Positions 45,985 through 56,927 are shown, counted from the stretch's first letter. The stretch is 64,000 nt of DNA from an uncultured virus (IMG/VR IMGVR_UViG_3300002124_000007) (IMGVR_UViG_3300002124_000007:1-64000), one strand, 5' to 3'. Numbers and translations: made by a program. The notes: generated by a model not told the origin, from the letters alone.

Positions 45985-46700
45985 GCAAACAAGACTCTAC
46001 GAGCTTTTTTCACGGACATATCAATCAACTTCTTTGCGCGCTGGCTTCTAGCATCGTCCCCAAGAGCAGTTTTTACTAAAGCATGTTCAGCACGTTTTTC
46101 TGAATAGTCTAATGATTTGAATTCTTGTATCCCTACAGCCCCCACACTTTCGTTCTGTCCCACCTCACCTGGGAACATATCGTCCAAAGCAATTTGCGCC
46201 ACAATCGTCAAAGCCCTCAAAATTCCTGGCTGTGTAGATGTGCCTGTGGGAAGCCCCGCTTGATACGCTAATTGAATTTGGTATGGCGCATACATAGAGA
46301 CATAAGGCGAAGAAGGATAACCCCACCAAGACCAGCCACAAGCAGACGATAATTGCCTGAAGTCTATATAGCCAAACGTGTCCTGATAGATGTATCCACA
46401 CCCATCATTAGCGGTCAGGCTACAATCGTTGCAACTCTGTTTGGTCAGGATGCTTACGCTCAACAATTGCTGGACATATCCATAATCAGTAGCAAGCCTG
46501 TTTTGATGCATAAATGGATATGTGCCAGTCATAGTGACAGGAAGCAGAGGCGCACCAATATAGCTTGTAGCCTGCATCTCTGCCATCAGGTAAGCATTTT
46601 GCAGGATGGCAGAAGCAAAAGTGCCAGTCCCATTCCCGCCATATTGGGAAAACACTGTGTCATTCAAGATGATTGGAGAATTAAATGGATATACTTGCAT
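45981..46700 (-). CDS. Head-tail adaptor-like protein
   Basis: AEMQATSYIG...YQAG pattern; first neck gene. Confidence 0.65.
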   Translation of the reverse strand: MQVYPFNSPIILNDTVFSQYGGNGTGTFASAILQNAYLMAEMQATSYIGAPLLPVTMTGTYPFMHQNRLATDYGYVQQLLSVSILTKQSCNDCSLTANDGCGYIYQDTFGYIDFRQLSSACGWSWWGYPSSPYVSMYAPYQIQLAYQAGLPTGTSTQPGILRALTIVAQIALDDMFPGEVGQNESVGAVGIQEFKSLDYSEKRAEHALVKTALGDDARSQRAKKLIDMSVKKARRVLFA

Positions 46701-46742
46701 GTAATAATTCTACTTCCTTACTCCCCTTCTCACAAATAACTC

Positions 46743-47588
46743 TTACCAGAAGTCGCCCGATGTCCAAGCCATAAGACCTGTTGCCGCCCACTTGGATTGA
46801 AAGATCATTTTGTTGTGCTGAAGGGGAAACGGTCTGCGCTTCTTCTCTGCCGTTCCACCAACATAATGATATCCTGTGGCATGAGTATTTACATAGTTTC
46901 TAAGTCCTGCCGCACGAACCTTGAAGCACAAGTCCACATCTTCCCATGTCCCCAAACCATAGACAGGATCAAAACCCTGCAACTTATTGAATAGATTTCT
47001 GCGAATAGTCAAGCAAGCTCCGGTAATCGCAATCACATCTCGATTGATACAGGTTCTTGGATTCTCTGGACTCCATCCCACTAAAGGATGTTCTGCATCA
47101 CCACGAATATTTAGAGCCATGCCCACGTGCTGAACCTTACCCGCTGGACGAATAGGTGACGTGGAATCTGGTGGGAAGATCAGCTTGATTCCTACTGTCC
47201 CTACCGTTTCATCTTTGAATGTATCTACCACCTTTTGAATTGTGCCTTCGTGAATCTCAACATCATCATTCAAAAACATAATGAGGGGCGCAGACCCCAT
47301 TCTTGCTCCTTCATTATTTGATTGTGAAAATCCCAATTCTTGCTTGAAGTGCTTGACTTGCAAGGATAATACAGAACTTCCTTCGCGCTTGAAAAACAAT
47401 TCACTGTTGTCTCGATATTCTTCGGCGGGAGATGCATTGTCCATAATATAAATAGAAAGTGGAACGCTTTCTGCTTCTCGATACAAAGCATCAAGACACT
47501 TGGAGAGCATATCAAATCTGCCGCCAGTAACGATAACTACATCTAACACAGATTTTTGGCTACTCTGATGCTTCTGTTTTCGGCTCAT
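46743..47588 (-). CDS. Glycosyltransferase family 2
   Basis: DNAS, GFSQSNN, FLNDD, TGACL, EDVDLC. Confidence 0.92.
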   Translation of the reverse strand: MSRKQKHQSSQKSVLDVVIVTGGRFDMLSKCLDALYREAESVPLSIYIMDNASPAEEYRDNSELFFKREGSSVLSLQVKHFKQELGFSQSNNEGARMGSAPLIMFLNDDVEIHEGTIQKVVDTFKDETVGTVGIKLIFPPDSTSPIRPAGKVQHVGMALNIRGDAEHPLVGWSPENPRTCINRDVIAITGACLTIRRNLFNKLQGFDPVYGLGTWEDVDLCFKVRAAGLRNYVNTHATGYHYVGGTAEKKRRPFPLQHNKMIFQSKWAATGLMAWTSGDFW

Positions 47589-48735
47589 CTTTTGTTATCT
47601 CCACAATTTTATCGTGCAACTGTTTGGCAGGAATATCCCATGTGCGCTTGGATACATAATCATATGCATTGTCTATAATTCGTGTGTGTGTCGTAGATAG
47701 ATTTTCTTTGCTCGATAAGGCCCATTGCATGTCTCTTAGTGTAGATGCGGTTTCAGAACGATTAAGCATATCCCGCTTAGAATTGCCCCACACATCTGTA
47801 AAAGTATATTCAGAATTAATGAGCCATCCTCTATGCTCAGACAACAACTCATGCATTGCCCCTGTATCAGTTGCCACAACAGGAATTCTCATGCACATAG
47901 CGTCCAGTACAGGAAGCCCTAAGCCTTCTGCTTTAGACGGTTGCAAATACACATCAGCAATTGCATATAAAGCCCACAAATCTTTCTGTGGCATCCCTCG
48001 CTCATATGGAGTATATTCTTGATTGATCCCTAACTTTGTGGCAAGATCACGGAGCTTGAAACCATACGGATTTTGCTCACGAGTAACAATAACATATTTG
48101 ATAGGGCGAGTGATTTCCTTTTTCAGTTTGGAAATAGCATCCATCCCCGCCCACAAATTTTTACGCTCCTGATTATCAGCAACGGTTAGTACAACAAAAG
48201 CATCCTGCGGAATTCCTAATCCGTCTCGAAATCTTTTCTTTTCTTCGGACGTAGCCGGATGCCATGACACCGTGTCAACGCCTATCTGAAGATGTTCTGC
48301 CTTGGTCACACCTGCCAGATGAGCCTCATCTGTTCCCAACTGTGAAATAAAGAATACACCATCCATATTGATAAGGGGTGCTGCCCAAGTCATACAGAGC
48401 GGCCCATTCTCAAGAGGAGTGATAGCAATATATTTCTTTCCAAATTTAGCAAACGTCTCATATAGACGAGATTGAATAGGTAAATCCATTCCCACAATCA
48501 GCGCATCAGGATTCCAAAGTTGAATAAGATTAGTGGCTATGACCGAGGCTTCTTCGATTGTTGCAGTAGGAATAACCGAGAAAGGATAGTTATGCTCCTC
48601 CCCTTGATACATAAATCCGATTAATTTAGTTTCATAATCATCTATTTTCTGTAGTTCCGTAAGTAGAGGAGCCATGATATGTTTATACCCACTACCTACA
48701 GAATCAAAATCAGTAATAACTAATATCTTTTTCAC
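47560..48735 (-). CDS. Glycosyltransferase family 4 (GT-B)
   Basis: NQERKN, PSKAEGLGLPVLDAM; probable GTG start at 48735. Confidence 0.9.
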   Translation of the reverse strand: MKKILVITDFDSVGSGYKHIMAPLLTELQKIDDYETKLIGFMYQGEEHNYPFSVIPTATIEEASVIATNLIQLWNPDALIVGMDLPIQSRLYETFAKFGKKYIAITPLENGPLCMTWAAPLINMDGVFFISQLGTDEAHLAGVTKAEHLQIGVDTVSWHPATSEEKKRFRDGLGIPQDAFVVLTVADNQERKNLWAGMDAISKLKKEITRPIKYVIVTREQNPYGFKLRDLATKLGINQEYTPYERGMPQKDLWALYAIADVYLQPSKAEGLGLPVLDAMCMRIPVVATDTGAMHELLSEHRGWLINSEYTFTDVWGNSKRDMLNRSETASTLRDMQWALSSKENLSTTHTRIIDNAYDYVSKRTWDIPAKQLHDKIVEITKDEPKTEASE

Positions 48736-49769
48736 GAGAAGACTTTCTCCTCCCAAGTATTCAGAATAGTCTCTACACTAAATCGTTTCTTGGCAACCTC
48801 ACGCACCCATTCTTGTTTTTGTACCAATTTTGGGTCGGTCAATAACTCTATAGCGTTCTTTACAAATATGTCCTGCCATCTTGGGTCTTGAGCATTGCCA
48901 TGAAGCACTCTCCCCATATTTGTAGTCTTTAAGGCTCCTGCATCCGTTGAGATTGGAAACACACCCGCTACCTGACTTTCTGCCACAGAGATACAAAACT
49001 GCTCATCAAAAATACATGGGTAAAGATGAATATCAGCTTCTTGTTGAATTTTTACTAGTTCACTTCTCTTGATAGCTCCGTGATAAATCACATTTGGATG
49101 GTGAGCATAAGATAATTTGAAATGCCGAATTTGTTCTTCTGTACACCAGTCAGCCCATAATCTCCAATCCGATGTAATGACAAGAGATGCTTCTGGAACT
49201 TCAACATGAATACGTGGCCATGCCGCATGAAGCTCCATTACTCCCCTATCAGGGATAGATGTAAAGATGCACCGCTTAGGGATTTTTTGTACAGATTCCG
49301 AATACTCCCATGTGCGTACTGGCAAATCAATCGCAATTCCATCTGTGATACCATACATCTCTTTAAAATAATTGGCGTGATGCGAGGATATATTCACTAC
49401 CTTTTCTACATGACCGCGAAACTCTTTGAAGTCATCTACTGTATAACTATCACATGACCACCAAATTTTCTTGCCATTAGCTCCATCTATTCTTCTATTG
49501 GGAGAGCGAAAGACAATCAATATATCTCTTTCATCTGATGGATTGAATTCTCCAAGCGTCTTTTGTTTGAAAGAAGATGCCCCGCCTTCCTTGGGATCAT
49601 TATACAATGTGACATCGTTACCGTAATACTGCCACGCTCCACACATCGTCAGCAAGGCAAGCTCCGCCCCACCTACTCCCATGCGCCCATCTTCACCACG
49701 CATAGTTTTTTCTGTTACCCCTAATGGCGAACCGTCGTTACATAGAACGTGAATAATTCTTCCTGTCAT
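48732..49769 (-). CDS. Glycosyltransferase family 4-like
   Basis: GGAE, SIPDRG, YP..FDEQFCISVAESQ. Confidence 0.88.
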   Translation of the reverse strand: MTGRIIHVLCNDGSPLGVTEKTMRGEDGRMGVGGAELALLTMCGAWQYYGNDVTLYNDPKEGGASSFKQKTLGEFNPSDERDILIVFRSPNRRIDGANGKKIWWSCDSYTVDDFKEFRGHVEKVVNISSHHANYFKEMYGITDGIAIDLPVRTWEYSESVQKIPKRCIFTSIPDRGVMELHAAWPRIHVEVPEASLVITSDWRLWADWCTEEQIRHFKLSYAHHPNVIYHGAIKRSELVKIQQEADIHLYPCIFDEQFCISVAESQVAGVFPISTDAGALKTTNMGRVLHGNAQDPRWQDIFVKNAIELLTDPKLVQKQEWVREVAKKRFSVETILNTWEEKVFS

Positions 49770-49966
49770 TCTACAATCTTTCTTCTAATAATAACCTGAA
49801 GCGTAATCCCCTCGGTCAATTCTTTTTCATCTCTTGATAAAGGAAGTTTATATATTTCATCCAAAGCTCGCTTTAGGTCATCTAGATTATCTATATAATT
49901 AGTTCCCAAGGCAACTGTATCCCTTTTCTCGTTTAGACTATAAATTGAATAATTCCAATATCTCAT
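49766..49966 (-). CDS. Hypothetical protein
   Basis: Coupled at both ends. Confidence 0.55.
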   Translation of the reverse strand: MRYWNYSIYSLNEKRDTVALGTNYIDNLDDLKRALDEIYKLPLSRDEKELTEGITLQVIIRRKIVE

Positions 49967-51213
49967 TTTGATATTCCTTCTTCTTCTAATTCTTTATTGA
50001 GTTTGTGCCAAAAGTCATCAATCTCCTGCACCGAGACTTTTGATGTGGAGACAAATGAATGGTTCATATCATTCTTGCCCATATAGAACCAATCATCTGA
50101 AACATTATGCTCTATTCTAATATCGTAATTTTCTGGATGATTCCCCAAGGGTGTTCCAGGGAACGGTATAAGTCTTCCAACTTGCACTCTATCAGGTCTA
50201 TACTCAAGTATCCACTTCCTAGTTTCTTGCATGGTAGCCAACGATTCCCCTGGGAGTCCGAGTATAAAGGATGTTTTACACCGTATCCCAAGTTCTTTGC
50301 ACCACCTAACAATATTCGTATCCTGTTCAATCGTAGTCTTTTTGGTAATATTGTTCTTGATTTCGTTAGAAGCACTCTCCACTCCAACAAAAATTTCAAC
50401 CAATCCGCCATCTCTTAGTTCTTTAAGATAGTCATATCCGCCCTGATTGTTGATGATATCACTCCGCAGGAAGCATCGCCAGATCATATTATATTTTCTA
50501 TGTAGCTTCATTAATTCCAGCGTACGTTTTTTGTACAATGGAAGGATGTCATCGTAGTACGCAAGAGCCTGATAGCCTAAAGATTGTGCTTCTTTGATTT
50601 GATACTCCACTACATCCAAAGGTTCATAACGTGTAAGCCTGTCCCAAATGACGCCATGCCTTCCTGACTCACAAAATGCACATTCCAACGGACATCCACG
50701 AGAGGTGAACATAGTCGTGCAATCTATCTTTGTTCCATCTAAGTCTGTGAGTTGAGAAGAATACTTGCGTGACCATCTACGAACAGGAGGGATTACCCAA
50801 TCCAATGTACGAGAGATAGGAACAGAAAGATAAGGATTATCGTAATCTGGATTATGTAAAATTGTATGTATACTTTCTGGACTATCTGACTCTCCTCCTA
50901 CAATCAAATCGTAATCTAAGTCTTTACAACTATCAGGATTTGCCCATACAGATGCCCCACCAAGAATCAATCTAGCATCATATCCGCCTAAAGACTTAGC
51001 AAGAGATTTAATTTCTTTCATCTGTGGGCTGGTAGCAGAAATCCAAATCTCATCATATACGTTAGAAGGTAATTCATCTACGTTCAAATCAAAAAATTCT
51101 GTTGTATGTCCTAATGATTCTAAACGGGCCGCAAGATAAAAAAGTCCCAACGGCTGAAAAACCATAGGCATTTCAAGAAAAGTGCTTTTAGGCATTACCA
51201 AGGCAATGTTCAT
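49963..51213 (-). CDS. B12-binding radical SAM protein
   Basis: PLGLFYLAA N-domain, SRGCPLECAFC, GVES, FILGLPGE, PFPGT. Confidence 0.92.
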   Translation of the reverse strand: MNIALVMPKSTFLEMPMVFQPLGLFYLAARLESLGHTTEFFDLNVDELPSNVYDEIWISATSPQMKEIKSLAKSLGGYDARLILGGASVWANPDSCKDLDYDLIVGGESDSPESIHTILHNPDYDNPYLSVPISRTLDWVIPPVRRWSRKYSSQLTDLDGTKIDCTTMFTSRGCPLECAFCESGRHGVIWDRLTRYEPLDVVEYQIKEAQSLGYQALAYYDDILPLYKKRTLELMKLHRKYNMIWRCFLRSDIINNQGGYDYLKELRDGGLVEIFVGVESASNEIKNNITKKTTIEQDTNIVRWCKELGIRCKTSFILGLPGESLATMQETRKWILEYRPDRVQVGRLIPFPGTPLGNHPENYDIRIEHNVSDDWFYMGKNDMNHSFVSTSKVSVQEIDDFWHKLNKELEEEGISK

Positions 51214-51902
51214 TCTTGCGCCCAATCCGGTAAATCTCTCAACTCTCCATTGGTTTCCAACGGATGTAACATAGGAAGTCCAAGAGCATTATACCGTTTC
51301 AACTTGGCATATATCGTGTCTGGCCCATAAGATTTATGCAGAAGACAGTACGGAGGCTTTAATTTCATGGTCACAGACTCATCCGCCAATCCAAGAAGCG
51401 TCCCATGTCGTACTGACATGTCAGCATAAATATCTACTACATCAGGACGCCAAGCCCATAGAGAACGATAATCTTCATGGAAATCCCTATTCATATAAGG
51501 AAAGTATTTATCATCTCCCCATAGATATAGACGGAAGGTATTTATTTGATGATATTGAAACATGTGTGCATATTTAAATATCGCCCTAGCCTCTTGTCTT
51601 AGAGTAAATGTTGGCACATCATCCATATCGTCAAAGATAATCCAATCTGGCTTCAATTCTTTTGCGGCATCTAACACAAAATTCATGTGTGGCGCATCTG
51701 GATTCCAAGTCTGCCCATCTACTGTTTCTTGCTCTGTAAAGTGTAATAATTTCACTTTGGGATATTTCTTTAACATTTCCACAGAGTTGTCGGTTGAGCC
51801 TCCATCAGAGACTACAATCATATCTGCAAAATCATAGCCACGCATGAAGCGTTCAATGTTCTTCTCTTCATTGTAACAGCGTACAGCCACTACAATTTTC
51901 AT
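51210..51902 (-). CDS. Glycosyltransferase family 2
   Basis: YNEE, DGGSTD, DMDD. Confidence 0.85.
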   Translation of the reverse strand: MKIVVAVRCYNEEKNIERFMRGYDFADMIVVSDGGSTDNSVEMLKKYPKVKLLHFTEQETVDGQTWNPDAPHMNFVLDAAKELKPDWIIFDDMDDVPTFTLRQEARAIFKYAHMFQYHQINTFRLYLWGDDKYFPYMNRDFHEDYRSLWAWRPDVVDIYADMSVRHGTLLGLADESVTMKLKPPYCLLHKSYGPDTIYAKLKRYNALGLPMLHPLETNGELRDLPDWAQE

Positions 51903-52570
51903 ATAATGGGTTCCCATACTACAGGAAAGCCGTTTGCCTTCCTAGCTTCATATACTATTCCATCATACATTGCCAAAGAATTTTCGTCTTTCCACTTATC
52001 ATGGACATCATAAGGTCGTTTTCCATGAGCCGAATGTACATGCTCTACGATTGCCCTTTTGTCCCAATAAAACTTATTGAATAGCTTTGCTGTCTCATTA
52101 ATTTCAGCATCTACACACAAATACTCATAGACAGGCGGAGCAATCACTCCTCCCATATACTCTTTGCAATACCTTCTATCAAACATAAATTGTGTAGCAA
52201 CTTGTAGATTTCCGTCATAAGCCAAATCATTGAAGCCAACAACCCCACACCTGCCTAGCTTTTCTGCATGACTTTCTAATCCATACCTGAGCCAGTTCTC
52301 GTGGTATATCAAATCATCCATAGAGGGGTGAATCATATCACCTGTAGACAACTTCAAACCCTTATTCCAAAGAGATAAAACGTTCCTACGATAATCACTA
52401 TAATCTACAATACACCCATAATCTAAAGCAATTTGGCAAGATTCTAAATCATCATCTATCAACACAATGGTTTCTATATCATAGTCATGAGTAGTTGCAA
52501 CAAGACTATCCAGCATCGTTTTCAAAATTGTTGGACGTTTACAAGTGGGCAGAATAACAGAAACTTTCAT
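51899..52570 (-). CDS. Glycosyltransferase family 2
   Basis: VSVILPT, WNKG, MDDL, VEHVH. Confidence 0.85.
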   Translation of the reverse strand: MKVSVILPTCKRPTILKTMLDSLVATTHDYDIETIVLIDDDLESCQIALDYGCIVDYSDYRRNVLSLWNKGLKLSTGDMIHPSMDDLIYHENWLRYGLESHAEKLGRCGVVGFNDLAYDGNLQVATQFMFDRRYCKEYMGGVIAPPVYEYLCVDAEINETAKLFNKFYWDKRAIVEHVHSAHGKRPYDVHDKWKDENSLAMYDGIVYEARKANGFPVVWEPII

Positions 52571-53505
52571 CGTTCTAACAACTTCCTTTCAAAATTCTCA
52601 CGAACATCTTCTACAGCATGAGTTCTATAATACCAGTCTACTGTATTTTGCACTCCCTGATCGAATGAGAAGTTTCTTTCCCATCCCAAAGAATGTATTT
52701 TTGTAGTATCTGCAATTTTGATTGGGCCAATAGGCATATCGGAACGAAAAACAATTTTTTTAGGACTCCAACCTACATAATACCAGATGACATCTAAAGC
52801 ATCCATAGGAGTATATAGCTTTCCAGAGCCTATATCGACTTCTCCATCATCCATTTTCTCGGCGGCTAACAAGACTCCTTCAACCAAATCCTTTACATAA
52901 ATCCAGTCTATCTTTTGATTTCCATCTCCCCAAACTTCAAAGGGGTCTTGCTGGATAAAAGTCTTGGCGATCAGCGCACCAATGGCTCTATTCTCTTTCA
53001 TTCGAGGGCCATATACGGTATAGGGACGGACAGAAATTCCACTAAATGAATTTTCAATGCTGAAGTCCTTCAACATTTGCTCACCCAACGATTTTTCCAG
53101 TCCATACACACCATCAATTTCTCCAACAGCGCAAGCACTACTAAAAAATACAACCTTTTCAACCTGTTCACACGCCCTAAAAATAGTAGTATCCAGTTCC
53201 AAATTTCCCCACATTCTAGCATTATGATTTGTAAAATATCCCCTTCCCCCATTATCCGAGGCTAGATGAAATATGATATCAGACCCTTTCATAGCATGAA
53301 CACATGAACTAAAGTTCCTCAAATCTGCTTGATAAATATATGCATCTTTGGGAATGTTTTTGTATAAGCCTGCTGAAAAGTCATCTACTACAATGACACT
53401 TTTTGCGACATTCAATAAAGATTCTGTAAGATGAGAACCAATAAATCCTGCCCCTCCAAGGACACACACCTGCTTGGATTTCCAAAAATCGTTCAATTTA
53501 TTCAT
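52567..53505 (-). CDS. NAD-dependent nucleotide-sugar epimerase/dehydratase
   Basis: GGAGFIG, SSAC, YGLEK, VYGP, WGDG. Confidence 0.92.
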   Translation of the reverse strand: MNKLNDFWKSKQVCVLGGAGFIGSHLTESLLNVAKSVIVVDDFSAGLYKNIPKDAYIYQADLRNFSSCVHAMKGSDIIFHLASDNGGRGYFTNHNARMWGNLELDTTIFRACEQVEKVVFFSSACAVGEIDGVYGLEKSLGEQMLKDFSIENSFSGISVRPYTVYGPRMKENRAIGALIAKTFIQQDPFEVWGDGNQKIDWIYVKDLVEGVLLAAEKMDDGEVDIGSGKLYTPMDALDVIWYYVGWSPKKIVFRSDMPIGPIKIADTTKIHSLGWERNFSFDQGVQNTVDWYYRTHAVEDVRENFERKLLER

Positions 53506-54088
53506 ATCTTAATAAATTCAAAAAAGTATTTCTATTCTCATCTAAATCTTTGTATGTCATACTCTTTATCTGCTCGATTGAGTATGAAAGCAAATTGATT
53601 TGTGTATCTTTTCTGACAATGCCAATTCCACAATCTAAATCATGCACAGTAACATATAAATCAGGACGAGTTCTTAATGTAAGAATTGTTTTCCAAACTT
53701 CCCCACACCAGTCAGGAGATGCCTCTATGTATTTAGGAGTTGCCATCTCTGCTTTTGTGGGATTGCAATCATGAAGAAGAATAACTCCATTAGGGTTCAT
53801 CCAACGCAAACAATTTTCTACGTCTCTTAGAGATTGTTCATAAGTATGATCCCCATCTATAAAAGCCGCATCAAAATGAGATGGGTGATAGAAAAAATAA
53901 TCATCGCTAGACATCTCATAAAACGTATCATTCTCATGATTTACAGGAACCGGAAAGTGAACATCTACCCCAATTTTATTCTTGCAGAGGATTGGAAAGA
54001 ATGAATCTCCATTTCTAACCCCGATTTCAAGATAGGTTTCTGCATCCAAAAAATCAATAAACCATTGGATTACATCAACCCTATTCAT
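53498..54088 (-). CDS. Class I SAM methyltransferase (Methyltransf_24-like)
   Basis: YLEIGV, FIDGDH, HDCNP. Confidence 0.88.
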   Translation of the reverse strand: MNRVDVIQWFIDFLDAETYLEIGVRNGDSFFPILCKNKIGVDVHFPVPVNHENDTFYEMSSDDYFFYHPSHFDAAFIDGDHTYEQSLRDVENCLRWMNPNGVILLHDCNPTKAEMATPKYIEASPDWCGEVWKTILTLRTRPDLYVTVHDLDCGIGIVRKDTQINLLSYSIEQIKSMTYKDLDENRNTFLNLLRYE

Positions 54089-54285
54089 CCTATCATCTCT
54101 TTCATTAAGCCTTTCAAACTAGACAATTCAGCTTTCAATTCTATTTCAGGTAATTTTGCTAAATCAAATGGAAACATGTGTGGATTTGAATATGCCGCAA
54201 TCAGGGTTGCCAGGACATATAATGTTTCATTCATTTCATTCTCATCAAAAAGTTCCATTGCCATGCCTAAATTGAGGACAGACAA
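54085..54285 (-). CDS. Hypothetical protein
   Basis: Operon context. Confidence 0.45.
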   Translation of the reverse strand: MSVLNLGMAMELFDENEMNETLYVLATLIAAYSNPHMFPFDLAKLPEIELKAELSSLKGLMKEMIG

Positions 54286-54478
54286 ATTTCTTGTTGTTTT
54301 CAGTTAATCCACAGGCAATACATTGAGATGTAAACCATTCCTCTAACGTACCAAAATTGTAAGTATAAGAATGATCTTTCAATTCGTGTCCACATTCTGT
54401 ACAAGTAAGTTCTATCATTCTTGACACTGTGTCATTTACTTCTAGTCGTATAATCTTTCCATTTGCTTCTACTATCAT
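54245..54478 (-). CDS. Small zinc-finger protein
   Basis: CTECGH...H...CIAC...C. Confidence 0.55.
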   Translation of the reverse strand: MIVEANGKIIRLEVNDTVSRMIELTCTECGHELKDHSYTYNFGTLEEWFTSQCIACGLTENNKKFVCPQFRHGNGTF

Positions 54479-55077
54479 CTTTTCTTCTCGCTCATAATCC
54501 AATACTCGTTCGGACGAAGCTCATTATTTTCTTCATTCCACGTCAGAATATTTATGTGTTCCCACATAACATTCCAGCCAGAGACTTTTAAAAGGTTTTT
54601 GATTTGCTCCATATTCATAACACTATAATGGTTTTTACCTACATAGGTATACCACTCAGGGGCAGGCAAAACCAGCCCAAGCCAGTTTTTAGAAACTCTT
54701 GCCCATTCCATTAGGGTTAATAACGGCATTGGAGAATGTTCTAAAGAGTGCCTGGAAAATACCAAATCAAATGAATCATCCTTATAATCCAAGAAGTTGA
54801 AGTCCATCCTCTTGACGTTGCGTCCATGATTTTGTGCATCAATATAATCTTCCCCCATACATATCCCATCGTATTTTACATCCCATTTTTCAAACATTGG
54901 CTGGCAAAATCCTGTGCCACATCCTACATCAAGAACGGATTTACAGGTCGCCATTCTACTCATCCAATAATCAATTACTTGGCGTGCAAGCTCGGTATGG
55001 CCGCTATCATCCGGTTGAGGATAAATATCCCCATATAATTTTGTAACATATTGATCGTGATGTTTCCAATCTCTCAT
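54475..55077 (-). CDS. Class I SAM methyltransferase
   Basis: VLDVGCGTG, FDLVFSRHSLEH. Confidence 0.9.
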   Translation of the reverse strand: MRDWKHHDQYVTKLYGDIYPQPDDSGHTELARQVIDYWMSRMATCKSVLDVGCGTGFCQPMFEKWDVKYDGICMGEDYIDAQNHGRNVKRMDFNFLDYKDDSFDLVFSRHSLEHSPMPLLTLMEWARVSKNWLGLVLPAPEWYTYVGKNHYSVMNMEQIKNLLKVSGWNVMWEHINILTWNEENNELRPNEYWIMSEKKR

Positions 55078-55385
55078 TTCTCAAATACCAACTTTCTCAT
55101 GTCTTCAAGATGCTTTTGTGTTGCGGCCAATGCCCCTGCCGAGCCTGTACCTTCTGATGGTCGCAATCCGCAGTTCCATAGATCGTCCATCAAAGCTTGA
55201 GCATCAGAATAATCCAAAGTAAACGAAGGGTTTATATATTCTACAAAACTTTTTTCATCATAAGTTGTCATAATCAAATCAGAGACAAGTGCATATAGTC
55301 TTCCCTCCCTAACTTCTGCCAAATAAAATTGTATTGACCTATGCCAAGGAGATGATATCCTAGCTTCTGCTTTTATTACAGTCAT
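55074..55385 (-). CDS. Phage hypothetical protein
   Basis: AQALMDDLWNCGLRP...HLEDMRKL. Confidence 0.7.
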   Translation of the reverse strand: MTVIKAEARISSPWHRSIQFYLAEVREGRLYALVSDLIMTTYDEKSFVEYINPSFTLDYSDAQALMDDLWNCGLRPSEGTGSAGALAATQKHLEDMRKLVFEK

Positions 55386-55386
55386 T

Positions 55387-55620
55387 TTATTCTCCCAAAT
55401 AAAACTTAATTGGTAAATGCCCTATATCTAATTTTGTATGAGGAATTTTTTGTCCCTCTATATAAAAATTAAACCTAGCAGAGCCATCACCATCGACTTT
55501 CACCCTAAGTTCTCTACTTGCCCCCACCGCCCCAAGATATTGAATAGCGCCACATATCGTTACAAAGTCTTGCAAGTCAGTATCATCTGCCTCAATCCTC
55601 ATATCTATGTATTTTTTCAT
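55387..55620 (-). CDS. Hypothetical protein
   Basis: LGAVGASR...VDGDG. Confidence 0.6.
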   Translation of the reverse strand: MKKYIDMRIEADDTDLQDFVTICGAIQYLGAVGASRELRVKVDGDGSARFNFYIEGQKIPHTKLDIGHLPIKFYLGE

Positions 55621-56927
55621 TTCATTTTTCCTTCAATAAACTCATCAAATACAGAAAGCATGTAGGCAAGTCGTTCATCATCTATACTAGGATGTACACC
55701 AATCCAAAAAGAATAATTCATTACCACATCTGAATTTATCAAGGGCTGAAAAACCTTACATTGGATAGATGAATATGCGGGTTGTCTAAGAAGATTTCCA
55801 GCAAATACCAGACGTGTGCCAATCTTCCTGCTCTCCAAAAAGTCAATCAACTCTCGCCTCGTGAATGGCGCAGATTCTTTCACGGTAATCAGGAAGCCAA
55901 ACCATGACGGATTTGCGCCTTCAATATGCTGCATAAAGCGGAAATACTTTTTGTATTTATCTAATCCTTCGCGAAGAACTTGCCAATTATGTCTACGTCT
56001 TTCCACGAAAAAAGGCAACTTCTTCAATTGTGATACTAAAAGTGATGCCTGCATGTCAGTTGCCTTCAGATTATATCCGATACGGGAAAAAGTATATTTA
56101 TGGTCATAACCTTCTGGCAACTCACCTTCCTGCCAACAGAATCGTTTTCCACAAGTATTATCTTTTCCTGGCTCACACCAACAAGATTTTCCCCAATCTC
56201 TAAAACTTTGCAAAACCTTCTTCACCATAGGAGATTGGATTAGACACGCTCCCCCCTCCCCTGCCGTGATGTGATGAGCAGGGTAGAAACTGAGCGTACT
56301 AATATCACCAAAAGAGCCAAGTTGCTTACCACGAAGGCTACCCCCCAAACCGTCACAATTATCTTCGATAAGCCAGATTCCATATTCATTACAAATATCA
56401 CGTAATGTTTCTGCATCGAAAGGATTACCGAGAGGATGAGCAAGAACCACACCTTTAGTTCGTCCCTCCACAATTGCATTTTCAATTATCTCCATACTCG
56501 GATTGAGTGTATTTAGGTCTACGTCCACGAAAACGGGAACAAGCCCGTTTTGGATAATAGGATTGAGAGTTGTTGGAAATCCCACTCCCACTGTAATGAT
56601 TTCATCTCCAACATTTGCGCTTCGTGAGCCAAATGCCTTATCCGTAATTGTTGTGACAGCAAGTAAACTGGCAGAACTGCCACTATTAGTAAGCACAACA
56701 TTACGTATTGTATGTTTGTAAAAAGTACGCAAATCTTTTTCAAATGTGTGAGCATATTTTCCTTCTGCATACCATTGTCCCAAAGCGCACTCTACAAGAG
56801 ATGCTACATCATCACCGTCAAAATACTGTCCAGAGGATGTGATATAAGTTTCGCCTGGGATGAACTGTTTCTTTTTCTGACCATCAATGTTCTTTCTGAC
56901 TCGCTCTATGATTTGTGCTTTGTTCAT
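55617..56927 (-). CDS. rfbH: CDP-4-keto-6-deoxyglucose 3-dehydrase (E1)
   Basis: DegT fold with SFYPAHHIT (His in place of the PLP Lys) and Fe-S motif CWC...DNTC; PEGYDHKY. Confidence 0.9.
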   Translation of the reverse strand: MNKAQIIERVRKNIDGQKKKQFIPGETYITSSGQYFDGDDVASLVECALGQWYAEGKYAHTFEKDLRTFYKHTIRNVVLTNSGSSASLLAVTTITDKAFGSRSANVGDEIITVGVGFPTTLNPIIQNGLVPVFVDVDLNTLNPSMEIIENAIVEGRTKGVVLAHPLGNPFDAETLRDICNEYGIWLIEDNCDGLGGSLRGKQLGSFGDISTLSFYPAHHITAGEGGACLIQSPMVKKVLQSFRDWGKSCWCEPGKDNTCGKRFCWQEGELPEGYDHKYTFSRIGYNLKATDMQASLLVSQLKKLPFFVERRRHNWQVLREGLDKYKKYFRFMQHIEGANPSWFGFLITVKESAPFTRRELIDFLESRKIGTRLVFAGNLLRQPAYSSIQCKVFQPLINSDVVMNYSFWIGVHPSIDDERLAYMLSVFDEFIEGKMK

